A DNA stretch of 64,000 nucleotides from Laetmonice hystrix (Eukaryota): positions 55,676,001 through 55,740,000 of the forward strand of contig OZ249436.1 in the NCBI GenBank assembly GCA_965235115.1, in the 5' to 3' direction. The first letter of the stretch is position 1. Every line of letters starts with the position of its first letter. A model generated the notes under the pieces. That model saw only the letters and a list, made by a program, of their open reading frames with translations. It did not search any database and was not told where the DNA came from. The translations under genes were made by a program, and so were the position numbers. Of this stretch, positions 15,050 to 24,685 are shown piece after piece.

Positions 15050-15300
15050 AACTATTGCAGCCATTCTTCTGTGCATTGTCCTGCGATGACGCCGATCTTC
15101 TCTCGCCGTGGTCTTTCTCGGCCGACCACTTCTGTAAAACTTTCTCTTGCCTGATGTTCTTGGTACCTCTCCAATACCCGGTAAACTGTTTGGTAGCAGC
15201 AGTGAAACCATCTGGCAATACTTTGGACGAAAATACCTTCCTCTCCAAGGCAGATTATTTCTCCCCGTTCTGCATTTGTTAGATCTCGTACTTCTGGCAT
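15050..15300 (-). mobile_element. Tc1/mariner transposase N-terminal (HTH) remnant with a frameshift
   Basis: MPEVRDLTNAERGEIICLGEEG..SIARWFHCCYQTVYRVLERYQE, then after a frameshift SGKRKFYRSGRPRKTTAREDRR. This is the HTH and GRPR layout typical of Tc1 transposases. The catalytic DDE domain is absent. Confidence 0.85.
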
Positions 15301-16437
15301 GGTAACACCAAAGCGAACGTCCTTCTGCACTCTGACCAACCAACGAGACTAGACAGGTCTGTCTAGTCTCGTTGGACCAACTAAGAGTTCCATACGACTT
15401 TTATACAACACACCTTGACATCTAATGTTTAATGTGAAATTGACAGGACACCGTTGAATGTGCGCCTCTAGTATTACCGAGAACTTCTAACGAGGGCATG
15501 TTGCAATACCATGTTGTCTAGTGAGTGTATTTACTATCAACGATATATTTAGACCTGAAATAATCAGTGGTTAATAAGCAACGGCTGTTTGTAAAATATG
15601 TAATTTCCCGTGACTCTCAAAGTAGGGGAAATAAGTAAATATTGTACGAATTGAATTTAATAACAAAGTCAATAGTATAAAACAAAAGGAAATTTACTAG
15701 TTATTTCCTTACAGCGTTAAACCGAATGTTCCATTGTGGCTTTTTTCGAAATATTTGTACGGCACATACTTTCACTCAAGTATGATCTCACTGGCCAGTT
15801 ACTTTGATTTATTATGAGGTGCCAGCTGCTATCTTGTTCGATGTCGATGTAATCACGGCTAACAATCCCAATTACTGAATCGGCGTCGGTCTCTCCTGAA
15901 GGATATAATCTTACGTTCAATGGTTGTGTTGTCTTAGTTACAGGGAGCTGATGTCGAAAAGTCGACATGATTATACACGTAATTGGCCGGTATGGGCCTT
16001 GACCTCAATGACCACTTTTGTGGCTTTCAATATTTACAGCAAAGAAATAAAACACCGTCTTAATTTTGCACTTTTTAGCGCTGTACATGATGTAAAATAA
16101 AAGAAAAAAGAAAACAGTGCTACTATAATATATCATATAGCAATGGGAATTTGCACTTTATGCCTCACAAACAGCCAAAGGTTAACCATGACAAGAGCGA
16201 CAACAAGGAATTAAAGGAAATTCTCACCAATTGTATTTTAATTTTTACTGTTTTCTTTTCCTCAGGTTATGGGTGCGTGGAGTGCGTGACGCCAGGGCGG
16301 ATGCTCGCAATGCCAGCGTGTTCCTGTCTCAGTCACGGCCACACGTACGGGCCGACCAGCCTGCTGCGATTTCTCCCGCCTCACTATTCACCAGTCACCC
16401 GCAACCAGACCTTGACCCGACCCAGCACGGACCCGCC

Positions 16438-18735
16438 ATGCAGCCTCCTTCCTACGGAAGCAGCCTCCAGAATGCAATAATGTCACGTGGGTGGAATGGA
16501 GGGAGCCGGATGCCGGTGTACCGCCCCTCCACCATCATGGGCGGTGTTGGCGGACTGGTGCCGCCTCCGCCCACCTCCACTCCGGTCAGCATGGGGCGGG
16601 CCCTGCCCGCAACAGTCATCCGACAACATTCTCAGCTACAACAGCATCAGCACCAGCTTCCGCCCCATCCCGCCCATTCACGACTGCCAACCAATTGCTA
16701 CATAAGACCGACACACAACAACGGACCCAGCCTCCAACATTTACGATCAGGGGGTCAGCCACCCACACCCCCGGCCCAGCCCAGGACTGTCTCTCCCAGT
16801 GCTCTTGTTTTACAACCAAATAATGTCTCCAAAGGTCAAAGGTCATCCTCCTCCCCTGTTGACCCTAACCTGGTTACACGAATTGATGGCGCCAGCGAGA
16901 AGGGTATATTTGGCTGGACCACGGTCGATGGAGTTAATATACCTTTCCTGTTTAGAGATAAACAGAAATATTTAGCAGTGCGCATGGTAGAGATGAAACT
17001 GCTTTCTAAGTATCCAAGCACTTACCCAGATGAACTTAAAAAACGACCTCCACTAATGAGTCACTACATCACAGAATCGGAGTCCAAGCTCTTGAATGAG
17101 ATCAACATGGACCATTGTGCTGGCGAATATGGCAAACATCCATTCGTCACTCAGGACCTCATTGTAAAGATGTCCGACTTTGAAGACTTCTATACCATAG
17201 TGAAGAAACATTTCCCGCCAAGTCTGCTAGCGCAATTACCTGCTAATCAGGTCGTTGAGAAAAAGGCAAACGGTGGCTGGGTTCAGATTAACAACACAGT
17301 CGTGCCCTATGTTGTTAGGGGCAAGGCTAAGTACGTGCCACTGTCGGTGATTCGTTACGCTGCAGGACTTCTTACCGACATTAGGGTTGGTGGCGAAACG
17401 TGCACTGAAGAGGAGTGTAACTTTCTTAATGAAAGCTGCAAGGCAGCTGGTGTAGACTTTAATTTCAAGAAAACTAACAAGTTGGTTATGCTTGATGTGG
17501 TCCAAAGACTCTGCAGCAACACGCTGAATATCATGGAGCTTCCCAAGGACGATCCATTCAGCCAGGCTGAATTCCAGGCATTACCTGAGGAGGAAAAGCA
17601 GGAAGATGCTCTAACAGGTGGCAGCATGTCGCTTTCCACAAGTCAGATGCCTTACCCTGGAATACCAATGTCGTCTGCGGTACCCACAAGTCGTACCATA
17701 CAAAATGGGGCTGGCATGCCATCGGCCGCGGCTGGGGGCCCGTCTGTAGGCACCCCACAGCAGCAGCAGCCTGGCATCATGCCCCCTGGAGGACAAGGGG
17801 TTCCATACTGGATGAACCAGCACCTTGGGATATATCCTGGCATGCAGGGGGGATTCTCAGGGGGCCCTCACACCATGCGTGGTCCAGGAAGACCTCCCCT
17901 GGCAACGCTGCACCACCAGCCGGGTCTTCCACCACACATACAACCACAACAACAGCAGCAACCACAACAAGGACAGTTTGGTAGCCAGCCCACAAACACT
18001 GGAAACGCTGCAATGCCTGGTCGCAATCCAAACCTAAGCGTTCACCTTCCCCTGAATGGTACAAGTGCACAGCTTCCAAAGTCGGCAGAAGTCAACAACA
18101 ATTCGTATCTAAATGCCCACCGCGACCAAGGAAGCAGGAGACAGTCACAGGAAGCTATGGACCTCACCAAAGACAACGCCAGTCCTCGGGAGAGAAAGGA
18201 CCTGAGCAACCCGCCCACCCCATCAGGGACACCGCTCCACAGAACGCTGTCAGCGTCCTCCCTTCCACAGGCATCTCCTCCTGTGAGTCGTGCGGGAAGT
18301 GCTGGGTCCACGGGACATCAGCGAACCACACCCGATGGTTCTCCTCAGATCCTGCTCCACCAACAGACCGCCCCTGGCCCCACCGCCCCACCAACGGCCC
18401 CCACGGCCGCAGCCTTCACTCAGCCCACCATACAGCTGGGCCCTGACGGCCATCCCATACTCACCAGCACCACACCAGTCCCTCCTCCGGGCCACCCCGG
18501 CTGGCATCCTATGATGTCCAACCCGGCCGAGTACCAGAAAATGGTGCAGCTCATGCAGCTTCAAGCGATGGCACAGCATCAGCAACAGCAGCAACAACAG
18601 CTGCAACAACAGTTGCAGTTGTTGGAACATCAACACCTACATCAACAGCGAATGAAACAGGAGCTGGCCATGGCCAAGATGTCACATCGCATGATCCGGC
18701 CCGAAGGTCCTAGACAGCCCTCGCCAATGCAGCAG
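16438..18735 (+). CDS. Gene 1, first coding exon: large uncharacterised Pro/Gln-rich protein with two putative Ski/Dach-like domains (full CDS join 16438..18735,20207..24685; 2258 aa)
   Basis: Lies within an 840-codon open frame. The acceptor ttttcttttcctcag| precedes 16266, and the first in-frame ATG (cccgccATG) is at 16438. The phase-0 donor CAG|GTAGTT at 18735 matches the phase-0 acceptor at 20207. Folded-looking blocks at about 16912-17214 and 17272-17517, poly-Q near 18575-18650. Confidence 0.88.
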
Positions 18736-20206
18736 GTAGTTTGCTTCTTGTGATTTCCGACGGTAGTATTGTGGGCAATATGGGAATAGTTTGTGTCAGT
18801 ATTTAAGGATTGATGAAGTAAAATATCATGCTGCAGGGCTGCCGATAATGGATATTACATGTTTTTTTTCTGAATCTCAGAGCCCTATTAAATGTTTTTC
18901 TTGTAAGCAAAGACAACAACAACTATTTTTTCAGAAGGTGTTATAGGTTATTTCTTTATACTTGAAATAATTGGCTCTCAATTCTTTAGTTAATTGTATA
19001 AATTATAGATTTCTGTCAAGGAGAAAACCTGCTGCCTGCATGGATATAATTGCTTTTCATCTCATAATAACGAGCCATTTGCCACATGTTAAAATGAAAT
19101 TAAACATACATTGTCTGCAACAGCTGATATCGATTAATCTTCGCCAACTGCGTTCATAGTTCCAAATAAACACACAGGCACGCAAACAGACAAAAAGAGA
19201 AAACACGATTTAGCTGAGAATGTAAAAGCAAGATGACAGATAAAGCAATTTATTGTGTAACTGACGCCAATTTCGGATATTGAACAGACCTACCTATTCT
19301 TACCGGTACTTTTTACATAAACGATAGAGATGGAAACACACTTTTCTTAAATCCAGTGATTTCTTTTTTGCTTTGATATCGGTCCTCTATACACGTACTG
19401 TCATAACCCCTGACTTTCGTTGGTTTTACGAAATGCCTTTTTAAAGCAAACATTGCTTCAGTACTTTAACCTGTTACAAACAGGTTTAAGCCGGGGATGA
19501 TATCAGTGAGGGACAATATCCAGTTACAATGTATATGAGTGTAATTGATTATAGAGTCGTGCTTTGCCAGGGTTTAAACAATGCTATAAGACTCCGACTG
19601 TAACTGGTTGTCACCCGGTTCACCACGTCAGCAGCTTGTACGTGCCTCCGTGCCTAAAGTGTTTCTATACGTGGATTGAGATGGGTGGGGTTGGGGGACT
19701 ATAGTAATTGTCATTGGTACATTTTGACATTAGCAGAGGCAAGAACATTTCCTGGGTCTGACCCTGGTATGTGGGTCAGTAGTTCCAAACGCGATGCTTC
19801 CATGTGTGTCAGTAATTCGCGTCATATATGACGTTGTGCAGCGTGACTAACATGTTTGGAGGGGAATAATAAAAACTGACGGATGCAGTTATTTATTAGA
19901 ACACATTTACATTATTAAACTACAAATTAAAAATCACAGTTAAGGAAACGATAGAAAACGAGTATGAGCGAAAGTCTGATAAATTGAGATTAAAATCGTA
20001 CCATTTTCGACTGGGCCCAAATTAATCAAACAAAACAGTAAACTGACCTGAAATAATATAGGCTTGTTTTGAGCGCTCAATCCTGTAATCAGGAAGTGGG
20101 CTATGATGGCCAGCCTCCCGAGACCAGTCTAGTGGGACATAACACACTTCTGTAGTCCACTTCTCTACACGTGTTTGCATGTCATCTTTTGTTTCTTGTC
20201 TTGCAG

Positions 20207-23200
20207 ATGATTATAGCTCGAAGTCTTTCTAATGGGAATGCACCATATACGACATCGAATGGTGTGCCGGTGGTTGCGTCAAGAGGTCCTGTCAGTACGC
20301 CCCCAGTACAGTCCACATCCAGTCAGAAAGAGACGTCTTCCCGAATAGAACGAAAGGAATTCCAGGGGAAGACTTTGTCGTGTCTTGTGAAGGAAGATGG
20401 ACATTATGCTCTTGTTGAGGCGTTGTCGAGGGTCTACTTTCCATACTGCTCTCTCGAGGACTTTCAGTTCGCACTTGAAAAACTTTTACAAGTGCCTTTG
20501 GTCAGACTTACCCAAGATGAAGAGAAATCATTTATTGCCTTTTACAACATACCAACGAAAACCCTCATGTGTAACAAAGTGATAAAGTTATCCGAGTTCA
20601 AGGACTACATTCCACAGTTAACATATATGTTTACAGAGAAAGGTGGCTATAAAGATGGTGCAGCAAGGGATGTTTCTGATTCAAACAGCAGCAGCAGTAG
20701 CACAACAGAAGATTTCAGAGGTGGAACCAAGGTAATAACAGAAACACTTGGTAAGAAAATATCTGCTGCTTTGAAAGCTCAATTCGGAAAGCGTCCTTCA
20801 TCTACAGATCCAGAAAACCCCGATGGCTCTGAAAGCCCAACTCCGGCCAAACAACCGCGAGTGAGTCTAGAAGAGGCAGTAAACCGACTGAAACAGTTCC
20901 AGGCAGAGCAGAAAGGCAGGCGTAAGGGATCGAGGCCAGCCAGGCGGATTGGATCCCAGTCTCCATCGAGTGATTCTCCCACTGAATACTGTGCCCGGTC
21001 ACCTGCCCTTGATGGCTGTTTGACCGACGAGTCCACAATTACAGAGCCCATGATAGGCGCTGATGACATGGATGAAAATATACTCGTTGGCACCAGCAAT
21101 GAAACCGTAGTTGAACCATCCGAAGTGGGTACGATGCAAGGAACTGAACCAGCTGATGTCAGCAGTGGGCAGGCAGTTCTAGATACCGAGATTGGTAGTG
21201 TGGAGGAAAATAAAGTAGCTGAGATAAGCATTGTTCAAACAGTCGGACATTCCGAGGTGGGTAATGTGCAAGTTATTGCACCTATGCAAGCGGGTAGTAT
21301 GCAAGAAGTTGAGCCAACCAAAGTTGGCGGTATGCAAGAATCTGAACCTAAAGCGATGAATAGTGTACCAGACGTTCAAGCCACACATGTAGGATATATC
21401 CAACCTCTTGATTTTACAAAGGTTGACAGTATTCAAATAGATGACCTAGAGGATCGTAGTATGCATGCAACGGACTCACTGCACGAGGAGAGCATGCAGG
21501 CAACCCCACCGACTCAGACTGACAGTCAACAGACAGTTGAATATTCGCAGATTAGCGGTATGCAAACAGTTGTACCCACACAGTTTGACGGTGGAAAGGC
21601 AGTTGAAGAAATGCAGGACATCCTACCAGAAGTCACTGAGGTTGTGAATGTACATCAACAGACGCCAGACGGCAACATGCAGGCAACTGAACCTACAGAA
21701 ATGGACACACTGTTGGAATCAGAGCCTTCATGCGAGGAGAGCCCTCCAGAACTACAAGAAGGGAAGGAGCAGGAAGTTGATTGCACCCATGGAAACGTTT
21801 TCCCTCCGTTAGGTGAGGATATCAAGCAGGCAATTGAACCGTCATCGATTGACAACATGCAAGGCGATTCTCTTACATATGAAGGCAATGTTATCGGTAA
21901 CTATAGCAGTGATGAACCACTTACGTCAGAGGTTAGGTTATGTAATGAGGCCATTCCACCAGTAGAGGCCCAAGGTAATATCGACAACCAAACTGACGAA
22001 AACAATGACGCAGTACCCGAGTGTGGCTTAGAAGGTCAGCCAGATGAACAGCCTAATTTCGAATCAGAACAGACGGAAGAAGTTGAGCACAGAACTACCT
22101 GCAAAGATACAATGGATAACTTTACAGAGACCTACCATGTTAGAGACAGAGAAGACGCAAGTAATGCCCCTAGCGTGCCAGTCCAGTGTTATCCACATGA
22201 CCGTGGAGTCCCATCGGGATGTTTTGAGGAGGATGGACCTCCTCCTGTTTCTGGAGAGGAGAAGACAGTGTTTGAGGAAGGGAACTCCGAGGGAGATCTT
22301 GATGACACAGACCAGCCAGGGCTTGGTCCCAGTGAAAATTTGGAAGAGATAACTCCCAATGGTATTCCTGCATTTGAAGACCCAACCAAGGAAACTCAAG
22401 AAGAAACATGTCATCAGCCTGGAGATTCAGTTGCATTAGTTGGACAGGACACAACAAGCACTGCATATGCGCCTGGTCCCGAGTCAGATTCCCAGTATGC
22501 AAGTTGCGTTGGGGGAGAATCAAGTTCTGCCGTGCTAATTACAGAAGAGAAAACTCTCAGAATGAATGTTGAGCCGTTGCCAACCATCGCAAGTGAACAA
22601 AACGTTTCAATGCAGGCACCAGAGAGCGATGTGAAAGACGTGGTTTCTGATGACACAATCGTTGGCCAAGCCTCATGTTACAAGAAGCCTGACACATATA
22701 TGGATGATGATGATTCAGGGCAGATCTTTAGAGACCTGGCAGCTGGCCACGTGGGTGCATCTGATTGTCCAAATCTTGGCTCTGGTGCACAGAAATTGGC
22801 AGAGGGGCAGGAACATGAACCCACTGACCTTATTTGTCTAAACCGAACAGAAGATGATGGGAAAGAAAAGCAAGACGACGAACACGCCACACAGACCACC
22901 ACTGATGTAGACCCTGATCGTGACTGCACAGCAAACTCCTTGCCAGCTCCTTCAGATCGGAGTTGCATTTTAGGGCTGTTTGGACTTGATGCTGCCAACA
23001 GTCCAAAAGATTTTAGTTCAGATGCAAATGATGAGGAAGATGAAACTACCATTACAACATTCTGTGGAAGTTATGTAGAACCAGGTGAGAGTAATCCAGA
23101 CGTTCAGCAAGATCCCACTTTATTGCAGTTAGAGTCCACAGAAACGTCGCCGGAGGAAGATATCCCAGGACAAATAGAATCAGGACACACTCTACAAACA

Positions 23201-24685
23201 GCTGGAAATATTGATATGTTAACGGGGGATTCGACGGAGGTAAAACCACCCCTGCTGCCCATGCATGATCGGGAAACTGGAGTAGAACAGAATATCATCC
23301 CAGATACGTTTGAAAGTAACGACCAACATTCAGAATTCGATGCAATGGAAGCGCAGTTTGACCAGACAGAAGGTAATCTTCCTGAAAGCCAAGCTTCCAT
23401 CCCGGCAGTTGCTGTCAAACAAGTAGACCCGACGCCATCCATGCCACAAGATCTCTCGAATAAAGGTGAACACGAGGCACCTCCTGGAGAATGTAACAAT
23501 GGACCATCAGTTGCAGAGGATCGCGGGGACAGGTCTGTGGAAGCAGAAATCCCAGCGCCAATGCAGACCGATATGAACCTAGACTCAGGTACGACCCAAG
23601 TATTGGAGCACGACACCGATCGACTTGAGGTAATGGATACTGATGAATGTTTTCAACAAAATGATGAAAACAATACAAATGCATCTATTGACATATCAGG
23701 TGTCGACGAGGAGCATGATGGAAGTGGCGTAGATGATGGCCAGGCAATGGAGGTCGATATAAATATTGGTACATCGTTGGCTACAGAAAGTAGTACGGAT
23801 CCGTTGCCGCAGGATCCGATTGAAAAAACTGTTGAGAGCCGTTGTGATAGCACTACCATGAGAGATGCAAGTCTTTTTAATTCCGGCATAGACATAAGTA
23901 CCCAAAATGCCATCTCGTCAGTTTCTACTGAATCAACGGTGGCAGATGATCAGACTGACCACGTATTAACAAATGTCACAGATATCCCAACGACATGTAC
24001 CAAGGAATCTAACACATACAGTCTTGGTTATGAGGATGAAACCCTTCCAGAGGAGGGAAGCCACTCGCAGGAGAATCTTGAAGTTGATACCAAGTTACAT
24101 GAAACGGACAACAGTCAGATTACCATAGATCAGTATCCTGTAACTGTACAAGCAAAGAGTAGTACCGTTGAAGACACAAAAGTGGATGTAGCGATGCAGG
24201 GAGACGAAGTTCCGTGTAATTTGCACAGTGACGATACTCTGCCGGAAGTGGAAGAGGTAGCTAGAGATTGTTCAGATAGTACGACAAAAGATGTTGATGA
24301 TTGTCTTCCTGAAATGGTTAGTGATAATCCAAGTGGAACAAATTCCGAGGGTTTCATTGAAAATGTACATGTAGATGTAGTTCGTGAGCAAACAAACGAA
24401 ACTGTGGAAAGTGCTTCCAAACCCATAACTTCTCCTGAGGCTTGCGAGACTGGTTTGTCAGCTACTGAGGAGCAGACTCCGACTGGTCTTAGTCAGGCAA
24501 GTCTGTTTGTTGAAATCACAGAAAAGTCAGTAGACGATTGCAATTCTGCTCCGGGAAACAGTTCGCCAGCAACAAAAGATATCACCCCTAATGATCAAAG
24601 TAGCATATCTACGCCAGAAACATCAGATTGCGTTCAGCCTAAAGATTATGGATGCAAGGACGTTATCGCTGAGGCTGATGTCTAA
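20207..24685 (+). CDS. Gene 1, last coding exon: third putative Ski/Dach-like domain, basic patch, 11-mer repeats and long acidic tail
   Basis: 1504-codon open frame. Acceptor ttttgtttcttgtcttgcag|ATG ATT at 20207 is in frame with the upstream exon. Stop TAA at 24683-24685. Confidence 0.9.
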   Translation: MIIARSLSNGNAPYTTSNGVPVVASRGPVSTPPVQSTSSQKETSSRIERKEFQGKTLSCLVKEDGHYALVEALSRVYFPYCSLEDFQFALEKLLQVPLVRLTQDEEKSFIAFYNIPTKTLMCNKVIKLSEFKDYIPQLTYMFTEKGGYKDGAARDVSDSNSSSSSTTEDFRGGTKVITETLGKKISAALKAQFGKRPSSTDPENPDGSESPTPAKQPRVSLEEAVNRLKQFQAEQKGRRKGSRPARRIGSQSPSSDSPTEYCARSPALDGCLTDESTITEPMIGADDMDENILVGTSNETVVEPSEVGTMQGTEPADVSSGQAVLDTEIGSVEENKVAEISIVQTVGHSEVGNVQVIAPMQAGSMQEVEPTKVGGMQESEPKAMNSVPDVQATHVGYIQPLDFTKVDSIQIDDLEDRSMHATDSLHEESMQATPPTQTDSQQTVEYSQISGMQTVVPTQFDGGKAVEEMQDILPEVTEVVNVHQQTPDGNMQATEPTEMDTLLESEPSCEESPPELQEGKEQEVDCTHGNVFPPLGEDIKQAIEPSSIDNMQGDSLTYEGNVIGNYSSDEPLTSEVRLCNEAIPPVEAQGNIDNQTDENNDAVPECGLEGQPDEQPNFESEQTEEVEHRTTCKDTMDNFTETYHVRDREDASNAPSVPVQCYPHDRGVPSGCFEEDGPPPVSGEEKTVFEEGNSEGDLDDTDQPGLGPSENLEEITPNGIPAFEDPTKETQEETCHQPGDSVALVGQDTTSTAYAPGPESDSQYASCVGGESSSAVLITEEKTLRMNVEPLPTIASEQNVSMQAPESDVKDVVSDDTIVGQASCYKKPDTYMDDDDSGQIFRDLAAGHVGASDCPNLGSGAQKLAEGQEHEPTDLICLNRTEDDGKEKQDDEHATQTTTDVDPDRDCTANSLPAPSDRSCILGLFGLDAANSPKDFSSDANDEEDETTITTFCGSYVEPGESNPDVQQDPTLLQLESTETSPEEDIPGQIESGHTLQTAGNIDMLTGDSTEVKPPLLPMHDRETGVEQNIIPDTFESNDQHSEFDAMEAQFDQTEGNLPESQASIPAVAVKQVDPTPSMPQDLSNKGEHEAPPGECNNGPSVAEDRGDRSVEAEIPAPMQTDMNLDSGTTQVLEHDTDRLEVMDTDECFQQNDENNTNASIDISGVDEEHDGSGVDDGQAMEVDINIGTSLATESSTDPLPQDPIEKTVESRCDSTTMRDASLFNSGIDISTQNAISSVSTESTVADDQTDHVLTNVTDIPTTCTKESNTYSLGYEDETLPEEGSHSQENLEVDTKLHETDNSQITIDQYPVTVQAKSSTVEDTKVDVAMQGDEVPCNLHSDDTLPEVEEVARDCSDSTTKDVDDCLPEMVSDNPSGTNSEGFIENVHVDVVREQTNETVESASKPITSPEACETGLSATEEQTPTGLSQASLFVEITEKSVDDCNSAPGNSSPATKDITPNDQSSISTPETSDCVQPKDYGCKDVIAEADV

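Noticed and set aside
16231-16437. ORF-track starts at 16231 (TTG) and 20171 (GTG) for gene 1
   Set aside because: Both lie in pyrimidine tracts upstream of clear AG acceptors (16265, 20206), so they are intronic extensions of the open frame.
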